Shown: positions 1 through 13,451, counted from the first letter of the stretch. The stretch: 64,000 bases of DNA from Octopus sinensis (GCF_006345805.1 NC_043005.1:58094001-58158000); one strand, 5' to 3'. The notes: generated by a model not told the origin, from the letters alone. Numbers and translations: made by a program.

Positions 1-152
1 TCTTTATTTTTTTGCTCTGAAAAAAAAAGGCAAAAAAAAACATATATATATAAATAAAAATATAAATATAATGGAATAATTACTATGAAGTATTGGGTAG
101 AATATACTGTATAAAGAATCATGGGTAAGGCCAGAACAATGCGAAGTAAATG

Positions 153-1100
153 CAGGGCGAATCACAAGAAAACAAATATATGAATTAATGTACTTATCTT
201 GCATTCAATATTTCGGGGTTATGATCCCATTTTCAAGAAATTAACGAACATTGCTGATATGCCTGTGTGTAGAGTGGACATGTGTAGAAAGGTGTTGCTA
301 TAGCAACCAGCTAGCTTCCTGTAACTCTCTTCTGTTGTTGATCTTAGGTTCCTTTTGGTGTATGAGAATGGCCTCAGAGATTCTAAGGTTGCCCTTGTTC
401 AGCTGTGTTGCCTTAATGTGCACTGTTCCTTCATGCATATATGCAGTTTTCTTGTTGCACTTCCTATGTAGGATGTGCCACATTTGTCAAAGATGATCTC
501 ATACACAGCATAGGTCCTCTGGCACAAGTCAGAGTCATTGATGAGGTAGTTTGATAATGTGCACCCCTCAGCCTTCCCTGAGGAAAGCTCTGTCCAAGAA
601 CAACACCTCTCACTACTCTGAAGAGTCCACATTATCGAACTGCTCCATCAATGACCCTGAATTGTACCAGAGGACCTATGCTGTATAAGAGATCATCTGT
701 GGCAAATGTGGTGCATCCTACATAGGAAGCAACAGAAAACTGCATACACGCATAAAGGAACACATGCAAGCAGACACTTCCATGAAGAAACATCTATGGA
801 AATGCCAGACCCGAGAATTCACAGTGCACATCAGGGCAACACAGAGGAACAGGTGCAACCTTAGAATATCTGAGGCCATCCTCATACACCAAAGAAAACC
901 AAATAGCAACAACAGAAGAGAGTTACAGGAAGCTAGCTGGTTGCTATAGCAACACCTTACTGCACATGTCCACTCCACACATGCTCACACATATCAGCAA
1001 CATTTGTTAATTTCTTGAAAATGGGGTCATAACCCCAAAATATTAAAGGCAAGGTAAGTCTACATTAATTCATATATTTGTTTTCTTGTGATTTGCCTTG
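153..1100. mobile_element. Penelope-like retroelement 3' end (degenerate GIY-YIG endonuclease) as a head-to-head inverted pair; arms about 153-564 and 625-1100
   Basis: Both arms translate to GIY-YIG-like AVYEIIxxKCGxSYIGSxxRKLHxxxKE...LRISEAILIHQxxPxxNNRRE. The arms are reverse complements with a spacer of about 60 bp. Confidence 0.85.
204..239 (-). ncRNA. Degenerate minimal type-I hammerhead-like motif (U3-A8 variant) downstream of the GIY-YIG stop; mirror copy on + at 1012-1047
   Basis: ttc-TTGAAAA-T-GGGAT-cata-ACCCC-GAAA-TA-TT-gaa. The + copy has an intact GGGGT/ACCCC stem but reads AAAA in place of GAAA. Confidence 0.45.
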
Positions 1101-1845
1101 GATATGTTTGTAAGCCATGAGAAGTGGAATCTGATATTTTAAAATCAGTCCTTCAGTAGCCTTGTTCTTAAATGAATAAATAAGCCTATAAAGTTAAAAT
1201 CTCTCCATTGCTTAGCTTACAAACTTATCTAAACCCATGACCTTCTTTATATATATATATATGAAGACTTTGTATAGTATACAACATTTAAAAGGTAACT
1301 TAAGTTTTATGTAGTTGCATGCCAATTGTATTCAGTAAAAATAAAATTTTGGGCTGACTTGGTAACCATCACTCAGAAAAACCAATATGGCTACCAACAA
1401 GTTGCAAGTGTGAAAGGCAAAAAGTATGAGAATAAAGTTCTAAATAAGATAAATTGTGCGACTAGGAGTAAAAACTTAGCTACTTTGAAAGATCAGGTTT
1501 TGGGGATTGGTTATGTATAATGAATAGATTGAAATACACAAACACCTTTACAAAAATATATATTATTTAAACACACACATATATATTATCTCAGAAAAAC
1601 TACTGGTATAAAAGCACTATCAAAGGTGTGAAAGAAGGAAATGCATGTCTATGGCACAGAATATAAGGAAGTATTCTGCATAGGTCTATATGGAGTGGAG
1701 GTTGGCATGTATCTCCCAGAGATACATGTCTATGCTGGAACATTCTGCTGGGTTAGAATATATTTATTCGCGTAGGGATATCCTCTTAATATTTCATTCC
1801 AAATGTTCAAGACTTTTGCAGCATTTTTTAATCTGCTTAAATATG

Positions 1846-2022
1846 TTAGTTAGTTAGTTAATTTGGCTCAAAAGCAAATAGCAAGGCCATGTAGGGGGAC
1901 ATGGAATTAAGTACAGGGTGGTGTTCATGTAAAGAGTTCAGGCCACTTGAGGTCAAGGGAGGCTTTGAACAAAGCGGTCGTCGGCATCTTCACCATCTCG
2001 TCTGGCAGCTTGTTCCACGGAA
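1846..2022 (-). mobile_element. 5'-truncated CR1/L2-type LINE 3' end
   Basis: Minus strand reads VPWNKLPDEMVKMPTTALFKASLDLKWPELFT*, matching the WNxLP...FKxxLD ORF2 C-terminus, followed by a short UTR and a (TAAC)n tail. Confidence 0.8.
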
Positions 2023-2541
2023 CATGTGTACCCTTTGTGTTGTGCAAACGTTCATCCAATGACTTACTGCCATTGATCTTTCAAGTACGTGTCATTTGAT
2101 GTTATAGTCAGTATTTGCACCCTTAGTTTCCAAACGTTGCTGGCAAGTATTATGGAATACCTCCTGCCAATGTTTTCACAGTTTGTTCTTGAGTTATTTA
2201 AATTTAACTTCAATTATTATACTAATATAATCTTAAATCTTTTTTTTTTTTTTGATCATCTAGTTTGAATTAGTTAAAGTAATTTCAATTTCATATTCAA
2301 TTTGGCTCATATTTCATTTAATGGATCTTCTTCTATCTTCCCATCTTCTGACATGAACAACCTAAGTCGTTATACCTAACAAAAGTATCAACAATAAGTG
2401 CCTTCATGTTATGTTGGGACTACATCTGTAGTTAATTTTCATAGAATGCTGGCTGAATATTTTTTCTGAATCTATGAGTTAATAGGAAATGCTTATCTTC
2501 AAGGGGATAAGAAGTGTTTTAAATCATTAGTCTACATTTAA

Positions 2542-2760
2542 TCCTTCAGCATTCAGATTACTCTGTCAAACGTAAAGCTTATTTATCCACTTGTTCTGAA
2601 TTAATCAAGTATTATCTTGCGACTTGAAGATTTTGATGATCTGATTGTATATTTTTAGAATGATATTGTAGTGTAGTTATGAGAGGTTGGATCTGGCCAG
2701 TTTGAACATAAAACAAGCAGAATATTTTGGCCGGATATGGCCAGTTTAAATGCTAAAGGG
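2542..2760. mobile_element. TTAA-flanked (piggyBac-like) MITE; related copies at about 16394-16590 plus 17415-17447 (split), 47140-47337 and 62180-62300
   Basis: ttaa|tccttcagcatt...aatgctaaaggg|ttaa gives terminal inverted repeats with a TTAA target duplication; the internal sequence recurs. Confidence 0.7.
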
Positions 2761-3520
2761 TTAAGAATGCTGCAAAATAATACATGTTCTTTAAACAGAG
2801 ACTGGCAATTTGGGGCTTCCTACAGATCACTCAACTCTCATTACAATGAAGTACCACTTGTTCTTAAGTGTCATTTATTTACCATTATCACAATCCAGTG
2901 AAGTAAAACACATCCTCTGGATATCCTTTGGCTGACTGTCTTATGCAAGAAGGAGAGATTTTCTTCTAAATCTCTAGGTTTGACCTCAAGTTGGTTTTGC
3001 TCTAGAATATTATATATTGAAGGCAAAATGCATCATACGGATAAATAAGATTAGCCCTTTCTTTGTTTGATCAATATTTTCTGTCATTTCCTTAGTCTTT
3101 TCTATTATTCCATCAACATAAAGAATGTTCTGCAAGACAGCTTAGACTAAGAAAATTACCTTTGGATTGTCAAACTAATATCAATATCTCCTTATTTATA
3201 TTTTGTCCATATTTTAAGTTTAAAGTGAATTTTTCATGTATTATTCTATTTTACTTTGCATTTCCTGATCAACTGTTTGGAAAATTACACACACATATAT
3301 ATACATATGCACACACACACACGTATGTATATGTCTGTCTGTGTGCATGCATGAACGTGTGCATATGCGTGTGTGTGTGTCAGGCCAACATTATTACAAA
3401 CTATAATTTCTGTAATGCAAATGTCTTGGAAAATGAAAATTCAAATACAATGTTTTCTTGTTTATTCATTTATTCCGTTTGCTTCTCATGTCAAAAATTT
3501 TCGGTGAATTAATTACTTAC

Positions 3521-3579
3521 TTGAGATATTCATCAAAGGCCAGTAGAATTCTGTTGTCAAAAGTGGTTCAGATAGATTC
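3521..3579 (-). CDS. RhoGAP domain exon 4 (NLSEPLLTTEFYWPLMNIS; 59 nt, phase 2->1); the gene continues beyond the left edge
   Basis: Acceptor catttcattttgcag|G and donor TCAA|gtaagt. Completes the LKxYFRxLxEPLL motif. Confidence 0.93.
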
Positions 3580-3734
3580 CTGCAAAATGAAATGTTTGTT
3601 GATACAAAGAACAGCAGAAGATCTCTACTTCAATGTATATATTATAGGAACTATATGGTAAAATACAGAACCATCAGTTGCTGGCTGAAGGCATACACTC
3701 CAGAGAGTAAGGGCAAAAGGGAAAAAGTTTTAGT

Positions 3735-4172
3735 TAAGCAAAGTGAAATTGTAGTCATGGCCAATGCTGGTGTCATGTAATTTGCACCCATGCTGGTGGA
3801 ATGTAAAAAGGACCTTTCAAGCGATGAGCCTCATGGAGGCAAAGTGGCCAATGCTGGTGGCACATGAAAAGCTCCTTTCGAGTGTTGGGCCTCACAGAGG
3901 CAATGACAAATGATTGAGATCTTTGGCATTATATCGTGCTTGAGACAAAAACCCATCAAGCCAAGTGAAATTGCAGTTGTGGCAGATACCAGTGTCACAC
4001 AAATGGCACCCATGCTGGTGGTATGCAAAAGCAATCATTACACTCTCGGAGTGGTTGGCATTAGGAAGAACCATGTCAATCAGACTGGAGTCTGGTGCAG
4101 CCTTCCAGCTTGCCAGACCTGGTCAAACCGTCCAACCCATGCCAGCATGGACAATAGACATTAAATGATGAG
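3735..4172 (+). mobile_element. RTE-LINE 3' UTR-derived repeat with (GAT)n tail; other copies at about 7085-7420, 14865-15310, 33480-33810, 38188-38570, 39290-39710, 50625-50872 and 54760-55200
   Basis: Shares cactctcggagtggttggcattaggaag...ccaacccatgccagcatgga...gatgatga with the 3' end of the RTE at 32450-33340. Confidence 0.8.
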
Positions 4173-5916
4173 GAAATATCACTGTAACCTGAGGACCATC
4201 AAAAATCACTATGTGGATCATACTTCCATATTTATTCAATTGTTCATTTCATATTTATTTTTTCCATGTTAGGATTGGTTAGATGATTACATGTTTTTGA
4301 GCCCCTGTTTTACAGCTGGATGCCCTCCCAGTTGTTAAGTCTTACCTGCAAGGAATTGGCAGCAAAGTTTACTGTTTGTAGCTCAGCACTATTAGCATGT
4401 GAGCACATAATGTAGATATTCACACGACCATACACACATGCAAACTACGAAGCTCACTGTAAAAATTGTGTGTAGTCTGGGTTAGATAGTTTGATTGGAG
4501 CTGATAAACCAGAAGAGCTGCTCTAGGATCCAGCCTGTTTTGTCTTGGTTCCTACAGCTGGATGCCCTTCGTAATGCCAACCACTCAAGAGAGTGTACTG
4601 GGTGTCTTTTATATGTCACTAACAAGGGTACTTTTTACATCTCTGTGGCATGGGTAACTATGTATTTAAATTATTACATTAAAATACAGAGCTACAGATG
4701 GTGCCATGTAGATGTGGTAGCTGTACTTTAGCCCTGAGTCAGTTCTCATTAAGAAACCTATGATCAAATGTATTTAAGCAAAAGCCATCCTATCTTTTCT
4801 TCAGAAAAACTTCATTAAATTACAGTATTCAATTCATTCTTTTTTTTTAAAAAAGTATTTGAGAGCAATCTGGTGACTATAACTAGCAGGTCAAGTAATA
4901 CATTAAGGTGCCAAGTCATCACATAAAAACTCCATCATTATGTAGTTTTATTTAGTACAAAGTCAGTTCTGATAAAGCAGATCTATGATCAGAATTGTTC
5001 CAGCTATGACCATCCCACGTATTTTTTGTTCAGGCATAGTGTATCTAAAATTACATTATGCAATGTCTTTTTTTTCTTTTTTAAGGAGGTACGGTGAGAT
5101 CTGAAAGTAATTTAGTTGCTATTTCTAGGAAAAAAATACACTTTTGGTCATAGATTTACTTGACCAAGGATGGCTTACGGCAAAACAACCAATAAGAAAG
5201 CTTCCACTAAGTTACTCAACCTGCCAGAAACAGCAGATTTTTAGTCCTCAAGTCAAACCATATTGTCTTAAAAATGGAATAGACACATTAGATAATGCTG
5301 TCCTTAATAAAATGAGTATAGCAGAGACATGCCTGAATAAGGGTGACCTGGGACTAAACAACCGCCACAACCAATATGTCAGATAGAAATTTTTACTGAA
5401 AACCCAAAGAAGTTTGTAAATTCACAGGTAACTAAAAGTTTTGTTATTGTACCATCATGGCAGACCTGAAGTGTAAACGTTCAAAGATCATTACTATCTC
5501 TTCAAATCTTGCAAGATTTCATATGAAATTCTTCGTCTGCCAATGTTGTCATGGTATATAAGTCAACCTGCCTATTTTGGTTGTAAATTTTAGTTTGAAA
5601 AATTTGCTTTATATGCCAGAAAATGGTAGGTTATTTAAGTCATTTCAGCAAATATAAGAGATAATTTAGACATGTTCCAGTAATATACGACATCATCATC
5701 TAAATACTGACCCCACCATACTTGCTGCTGTAATGGTGATTAAATCACAAGCCAAATGCACAGCATTGTATAAATGAGTAGGTATGGAACATTCGCAGAT
5801 TTTGAAGAAGAAATCCCAGAAGGAAATTTCTTCAGAAACCATCCGAACATCTGTTATCTATCTCAGTAATTATCTAATTACCTTAGTAATAGTTGGAGTT
5901 TGAAACTTTTATTCAC

Positions 5917-5989
5917 CTGAAATATGTCTTCAATGCTACTGCAACGCTGTATGCTGTAATACCATCAGGAATTTTGTCACAATCATCAC
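5917..5989 (-). CDS. RhoGAP domain exon 3 (DDCDKIPDGITAYSVAVALKTYFR; 73 nt, phase 1->2)
   Basis: Acceptor ttgcttttattttag|GT and donor TCAG|gtgaat. VAxALKxYFR is the conserved RhoGAP helix. Confidence 0.93.
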
Positions 5990-6026
5990 CTAAAATAAAA
6001 GCAATTGGAAAATAAAATTGGAATAT

Positions 6027-6084
<58 letters not shown>

Positions 6085-6107
6085 TATATATAAATATATA
6101 TATATAT

Positions 6108-6540
6108 AGGAGTAGCTGTGTGGTAAGTAGCTTGTTTACGAACCACATTGTTCCGGGTTCAGTTCCACTGCATGGCACCTTGGGCAAGTATCTTCCACTA
6201 TAGCCTCGGGCCAACCAAAGCTTTGTGAGTGGATTTGGTAGACGGAAACTGAAAGAAGCCCGTCGTATGTGTGTATATATATATATATATATACATAGAT
6301 AGATATATATGTGTGTGTGTGTATATGTTTGTGTGTCTGTGTTTGTCCCCCCCAACATCACTTGACAACCGATGCTGGTGTGTTTACGTCCCTGTAACTT
6401 AGCGGTTCGGCAAGAGAGACTGATAGAATAAGTACTAGGCTTACAAAGAATAAGCTCTGGGGTCGATTTGCTCAACTATAAAGGTGGTGCTCCAGCATGG
6501 CCACAGTCAAATGACTGAAACAAGTAAAGAGTAAAAGAGT
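6108..6540 (+). mobile_element. tRNA-derived SINE family A with an internal (TA)/(TG) microsatellite; other copies at about 18047-18398(-), 24105-24470(-), 27885-28253(+), 36082-36454(-), 38714-39925(+, interrupted), 42108-42420(-), 49716-50117(+), 60042-60435(+), 61510-61935(-) and 62541-63180(+, interrupted)
   Basis: A-box-like tggctgtgtggt, B-box-like ggttcagtccc, CORE-like ccttgggcaagtgtctt and a gtaaaagag tail; more than 10 near-identical dispersed copies. Confidence 0.9.
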
Positions 6541-7673
6541 ATATATTTGTGTGTGTGTGTGCATATATATATCGCAGATGTGTGATTGGATATATATGAA
6601 TTTATATGTGTGTATTTATGTGTATCATCGTCATTTAATGTTATGGGTCAGATGAAATACTTTTTGAGGAGGCAAATTTTCAATATCCTTTCAATATCCT
6701 TCCTGCTGCCATCCCTGATTCCTCAATCATTTCCAAGCAAAGGTCACGTTCCCCCATGACCAGAGATGTTTTTCACAGAACAGTGGAAATGAACAGTATT
6801 GCATGTGTGAAGGAGATGCTCATTTACAACTATCACATGATGACAGGATAGGGGTACACACAAACTGTGCACACACACACACATCAGGGGCTCATTTCAG
6901 TTTCTGTCTGCTACATTAATCACAAGGACACATCGCCCAAGGTGCTGTGCAGTGGGACTTTGAACTGAGAATGAGATTTTAACTTAGAAAGGGATTTGAG
7001 CTGTAATATCACAAGACAGTTTTCCTCATGCTGCACTGATAATGATGATAATGATAATTATCATTAATAGTAGTTATTATCATGTACCAGTGCCATGTAA
7101 AAAGCATCTGTGCTGGTGTCACCCAAGCCCGTGCCACGTACAAAGAACCTGTGCTGGTACCATGTAAAATGCACCCATACCAGTGCCATATAAAAAGCAT
7201 CTGCACTGGTGCCATGAAATAGCACTGGTGCAAGTGCCATGTAAAAGGTACTCAGTACACTTGGTAAAGTGGTTGGCATTAGGAAAGGGCATTCAGTAGC
7301 AGAAGCCAGGCTAAAACAGACAGTTGGGGCCTGGGCAGCTCTTGGGCTGGCCAGTTCCTGTCTAACTGACCAACCCATGCCAATATGGAAAATGGATGTC
7401 AAAAGATGATGATGACAATGATTAAGGCAGTAAGCTGGCAGAATTATGAGCATGAACGACAAATGTTCTGCGGTGTTCTGTTTTTACATTCTGAATTCAA
7501 ATTCTGTTGAGGTTAAATGCTTTTCATTAATCTGGATTGATGAATTCACGAGGTCTACTTTGCATTTCATCCTTTCAGGGTCGATGAAATAAGTACCAGT
7601 AAAACACTGGGGTTGATGTAATTAACTGGTTCCCTCCCCCAAAATTTCAGGCCTTGTGCCTATAGCAGAAAGG

Positions 7674-7718
<45 letters not shown>

Positions 7719-8352
7719 AGGTAGCAGTTGAGTACAAGTTGATATAATCAACTAAGCCCCTGCCCCCAACATTTCAAGCCTTGTTTAGGATTATTATAAG
7801 TAGTATTATCCAAAATTGCTGGCCTAGTGCAAAATGTGAGACCATAATAATAATAATAATAATAATAATAACTTCAAATTTTGCCACAAGAGCAGCCATT
7901 TTGGCAGAGGGGATGAGTTGATTACATCAACCCTAGTATTTAATTGGTACTTAATTTAAAGATCCAAAAGGATGAAAAGCAAAGTTGACCTTGGCAGAAT
8001 TTGAACTCAGAACATAGTGGCATATGAAATACCACTAAGTATTTTACCAGGCGTGCTAAAGGTGCTTTTGGGCACAAAATGGAATTTTTTCCAAAACTGA
8101 TGAATCTGTCAATTTTAACAAGAACAACAACAATATTAATCCTCTCTGCTATATGCACAAGGCCAACAATTTCAGGAGAGGGGTAAGTTGATTCCATCGA
8201 CCCTAGCGCTCAGCTGGTACCTATTTTATTGCCTCCGAAAGGATGAAAGGTAAAATTGACTTCAGCAGAATTTCAACTTAGAATGTAAAGACAAACAAAA
8301 TGCTACTAAGTGTTTTGTCTGGAATGCTAATGAGTCTGGCAGCTCGCCGCCT

Positions 8353-8580
8353 TAATAATAACGATAACAATAATAATAATAATAATAATAATAACAATAA
8401 TAACAATAATGATAACAATAATGATAATAATGACAATAATAATAATGATAATAATGATAACAACAATAATAATAATAATAATGATAATAATAATAATGAT
8501 AATAACAACAATAATAATAATAACGATAATAATAATGATAACAATAATAATAATATTAATAATAATAACGATAATAATAC
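8353..8580. repeat. Imperfect (AAT/AAC/GAT)n trinucleotide tract
   Basis: Visible directly; it accounts for the poly-N, poly-L and poly-I ORFs. Confidence 0.95.
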
Positions 8581-9837
8581 TTGATACTTTGTTTCCTTCT
8601 GGTTACATATATTATCTCATGCTGCTATTCAAAAGTTACTAATTCCTTGCAGTGTTAACAGGATTGTAACACCAATAAGAACCATGGAAATCTTTAATTT
8701 CACAGCTTTATCTTGAATTTTATCCAATTTTCAGCAGACAATTCGGCACCCGAAACATATGCAAAAAGTTATATCAGACCAATTTCTGGTTTGTTTTTTG
8801 CCTTTCAGCAAAAAATAATGAACGAAAATTGGTAAATAAATTAAATTTTTGTGTCTATTAAAATAACAGAATAGTGAAATTATCATCATTATTAAGATGG
8901 AGAGTGAGCAGAATTGTTAGCATGCCAGATAGTAATGCCTCTAAGCATTTTGATCATCTTTACATTCCGAGTTCAAATTCCATTGAGGTTGACTTTGTCT
9001 CTCACTCTTTCAGGATCAGTGAAATAAACACCAATTGAGAACTGGGGTTGATGTAATTGACTAGATCCCTCCCCCAAATTTTAGGCCTTGTGCCTATAGC
9101 AAAAAGATTCTCTACCTAGCTAATTTGCTTGTTGCAAGATCAGTGAATGTGTACATATTGTGAATTTCTATATATTACAAGCTGAAATGAACTACTGCTA
9201 TCTCTAGCAGATGAGTATCCACCACCAAGGATGACCACAAAGAAGTTGAAAATGTACAGTCTGGTGGTCTTGTGGCTAGGAGATGGTAAGGGTTCACCCC
9301 CCTGCTTGCAATATATATCGGATTCAGATTGCATTGACTAACCAGCTGGAGGAGGAATCCTCCTGGGGTTAAAAATAGCAGTAATGTGAGTTCCTGTGGA
9401 ACAGCCATATCTACATGGTAGTAAACATTACTTTCATATATATTTATTCATATACACAAAGGGCTTCTTTCAGTTTCCATCAACTAAATTCACTCACAAG
9501 GCTGAACCCAAAACCACATAGTTAAAGAGTAAACTCCTTAACAATACAGCCATGCCTGTGCCTTCAAAATCTTGAAGTCCAATAAAAGGAAAACATTAGT
9601 TAATTACAAGACTGAAGAAAAGAATCATTAGTGTGTTTGATAGAAAAATCCTTGCAGTATTTATTTTGGCTGTCAGTGCTCTGAGTTCAAATCTCAGCAA
9701 GGCCAACTTTGTGAGCCATCTTTCCAAGGGTAATGAATAAAGTATCAGTGCTATGTGTCGGTGTTGTTAAAGCATTAGAAGAGATGACTTATGGTATTTA
9801 TTCTACCTCTTTGCATTCTGAGTTTAAATTCTATATA

Positions 9838-10001
9838 TATTTCTTTACTACCCACAAGGGGCTAAACTTAATTTATCGACCTCGGAAGGATGAAAGGCAA
9901 AGTCGACCTCGGCGGAATTTGAATTCAGAACGTAACGGCAGACGAAATACGGCTACGCATTTCGCCCGGCGTGCTAACGTTTCTGCCAGCTCGCCGCTTC
10001 A
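9838..10001 (-). mobile_element. Young SINE family B copy with a 15-bp target-site duplication
   Basis: tttaaattctatata at 9823-9837 and 10002-10016 flanks a family B body. Confidence 0.85.
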
Positions 10002-10535
10002 TTTAAATTCTATATAGTAAATGTCAAAAGTCAGAGATGGTCACCTGCACACAAGAACAATCTATAGCTGGGGTGATTTAAGCAGTTAAAGTGGCAGAAT
10101 TTTTAGAGCATAGGACAAAAATGCCTGGCTTGTTCTGGCTCTCTATTCTCCAAGTTCAAATCCCACTGAGGCCAACTCTGCCTTTTATCCTTTTGGGGTT
10201 GATAAAATATAGCAACCAACTAGGGAAATAAATTGGCAAATTGTTGGAATATCAGACAAGGTCTCTTGTAGGATTTATTCTGGCTTTTGAATTGCAAGTT
10301 CTTGAGTGTTGTATTTAATTTATCCCCCAATTTAACAACATCACCATGGGTAGTGGTGTTTAAATAGGTATCTTTAGCAGAGTTCACTTTGAGTTCACTT
10401 GAATGTTAAACATTGAAGTCAGATATTCTGTTTAAGGATAATTACTTCCTTTCCTCTTACCAATCTTGAAGGTCCTGTATAAAGCAAAGGATCATTTATG
10501 CTGACCCTCCTTCCAGGATTAAAAGTTATACATAC

Positions 10536-10610
10536 GTGAAAATATATTCATGGCTTCACTGATTTCCGATTGTACACCACATATTCTGTAGATCCCTGTG
10601 CTGGTTATAC
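10536..10610 (-). CDS. RhoGAP domain exon 2 with arginine finger (GITSTGIYRICGVQSEISEAMNIFS; 75 nt, phase 1->1)
   Basis: Acceptor atttcttctatcttgtag|GT and donor TCAC|gtatgt. GIYRxxG is the RhoGAP catalytic motif. Confidence 0.93.
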
Positions 10611-11627
10611 CTACAAGATAGAAGAAATATTAAAGAAGAACATCAAAATTATGAGGAATTTAGAAAATTTGCTGCTGTATATAACTGTGACAGACTAACA
10701 TCATCTCTGTAGATGCCTCTCGACTAAGCCAAGTGGAGGAAGCCTTGTAAGAAAGCACAACACATTTGAGAGATAATACAAAGTATTTTGTGGTTTGTTG
10801 CTGTATATGTATATTGTTAGCCAATTTACTTTACATTTTAATGAATTCTGTGATTTCCTAATTAGCTGATTCTAGGATGTAATTATAAAGAATTAATCCT
10901 GTTGATAACCATACACTAATGAAGATGGAATTCATTTTTACACAATACAAAAAGAATAAAGAATGTTCATATACAAAATAGTGTTAACAAAATGAAATAT
11001 CTAAACCTCAGCTGGTGTATGAAGGTTGGGTATGGAAGTGGTAGAACCATTAGAGCACAGAACAAAAACACCAAACAATATTTGTTCCTGCAATTTATGT
11101 CCTTAGTTCAAATTCCACTGAGCTCTGCTTTTTTCTTTCATTCTTCCGGAGTTGATAAAAGAAGGTTCCGGTCAAGAGTTATGCTGATTTATGTCCAACA
11201 TACAGTGGGCTTGCATGGTATACTCAAGCCCAAATTATCTCCACCCATAAAGTGGGCTTCTAATGATCTGTGAACTGACACATCAGTTGGACTACTGTAT
11301 AGTCACACCAATAACCTCAATCCATAATGCTTTACTCTCTCACACATACACACATATATGTATCATGTTTATTCACACACATTCAGTCTTTCTCTACATG
11401 TGGACTACACTACACTGCGATAACACACACAAAAAATGGAGAATTGACATACAAATGTATACATTATCATCACCACCATTAATGCTTTAATGTCTATTTC
11501 TCATGCTTGCATGTCTCAGACAAAACTTCACTGATGTAGAATTTTCTATTGTCAAATGTTCTTCCTGATGCCAACACACATTTCCAAGCAAGGTTGTAAT
11601 CTCACAGTATATCAAACAATGGAGATG

Positions 11628-12040
11628 TGGTGAGCTGGCAGAAACGTTAGCATGCCGGATGAAATGCTTAGCGGTATTTCGTCTCCCGTTACGTCCTGAG
11701 TTCAAATTCCACCGAGGTCCACTTTGCCTTTCATCCTTTCGGGGGTCGATTAAATAAGTACCAGTTGCGTACTGGGGTCGATATAATCGACTTAATCTGT
11801 TTGTCTGTCGTTGTTTGTCCTCTCTGTGTTTAGCCCCTTGTGGGTAGTAAAGAAATAGGTATTTCGTCTCCCGTTACGTTCTGAGTTCAAATTCCACCGA
11901 GGTTGACTTTGCCTTTCATCCTTTCGGGGTTGATTAAATAAGTACCAGTTATGCACTGGGATTGATGTAATTGACTTAATCCTATTGTCTGTCCTTGTTT
12001 GTTCCCTCTATGTTTAGCCCCCTGTGGGCAATAAAGAAAT
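11628..12040 (+). mobile_element. tRNA-derived SINE family B, internally dimeric (about 185-bp unit), 14-bp TSD
   Basis: gagctggcagaaacgttagc head, gagttcaaattcc B-box, and a gcctttcatcctttcggggtcgat central domain present twice. TSD aaacaat(g/a)gagatg at 11614 and 12041. Confidence 0.9.
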
Positions 12041-13451
12041 AAACAATAGAGATGCTTTCATGGAGGACTGTCCATGAACGACACCCTTCATATGAGTGGC
12101 GGGACTTTTGTCTACAATCAGCAAGCAGATGTGAAGCTGAATGAGAAGTGAGAATATGAACTCAGTCTCTCTCTCTCTGTCAAACACACACACACATCTG
12201 TATATTATCATCTCAGTTATGTTGCTTGCATAGATTCCCATGACGCCCTGTTGTAATCCCACACACTATTGAGAGGGTTGTGGGGACAGAGTCCTCAGGT
12301 TTGAGTCACGGTGAATTAATCATTAGCAGATTACACAACCATGGATGCCACCCCTATGAATGCATTGCAGTTACTCTCTTGATTGAGCTTGATAATCCTA
12401 ACTGTTGATCTAGGATTCCTCCACTCATCATCAATGTAAGAAGTACTGATGGCTCTGCTACCTCCTTCCAATCCACTATGATGCAACCCTGTAACTTCTC
12501 CATATCCTTGGCAGGGTGGCTGAATAAATGCTATACCCAGCCGAAGGGCAACCCACAACTATGCAGTCATCACTCCGTGAGATATTTTCAAAATACCCAC
12601 ATACCCATATATCTATATATAAGTGCAAGCATAGTTTTGTGATTTAGAAGCATACCCAACCATGTGACTTCAGATTCAGTTCCACTGCATTGCTCCTTGG
12701 GCACATGTCTCTCAACATAACCCCAGGCTGATCAAAGTCTTTCAAGTGGAAACTGATAGAAAGCAATCATATATGTATATATATATATATATATATAATC
12801 TCAATGTATGTGTGTGTGTGTGTTTCTTTGTCTTGACATTGCACAACTGTTGTAAAATAAGCATCACCATCATATGAGCAATATCATTTGTTTCCAATCT
12901 CCTGTAAAAACATGTCTAGTCATGGGGGGGGGGGGAATTATCTTGAGGTAAAGGTTAGCAACAGAAAAGGCATCTTGCTTTAAAATATCTAGAAAAGGCA
13001 TCTGTGACCCATGCAAACAGAAAAGCGGATGTTAAAATGATGATAATGATGGTAATATACTAATTTATTTGCACACTCATTTTACACTAGGGTTTTTCTA
13101 CTGTCATATTTTATTGAGGCACCATTTTATGACAGGATACCTTTCTTGTCACTAAACCTTAACTGATTTCATGTAAGGGATCTTAAATTCCATACATCTT
13201 TGAAGGTGCAAAGCAAACAGATGACATTTCAACAGAAGAAAGGAAAACAAAACCACCTGGAGCAACTGTCATGGAGAGAAAATGTGAACAAACTCACTAA
13301 AATACACACATAATAGGCTTCTTTCAGTTTCTATCAACCAAAATTACTCTCAAGACATTAGTTGGCTTTGGGCTATAGCAGAGGAGATTTACCTAAGATG
13401 CTATATAGTAACACACACACCTATCTATCTATATCTAAATCTATCTATCTG

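Noticed and set aside
2883-2965. Open phase-1 segment (ENLSFLHKTVSQRISRGCVLLHWIVIM) as the next GAP exon
   Set aside because: No pyrimidine tract at the acceptor, and it lacks the expected LPxxN motif; the next exon probably lies outside the window.
5990-6475. 161-aa ORF and the many similar SFRLPNPLTRLWSARGYSRRHLPKVP ORFs
   Set aside because: Chance translations of SINE family A.
8278-8642. Poly-N, poly-L and poly-I ORFs
   Set aside because: Translations of an (AAT)n microsatellite.
9175-9408. 77-aa ORF in a GC-richer patch
   Set aside because: No recognisable motif, and the GAP domain is already continuous between exons 10536 and 5989; probably an unclassified repeat remnant.
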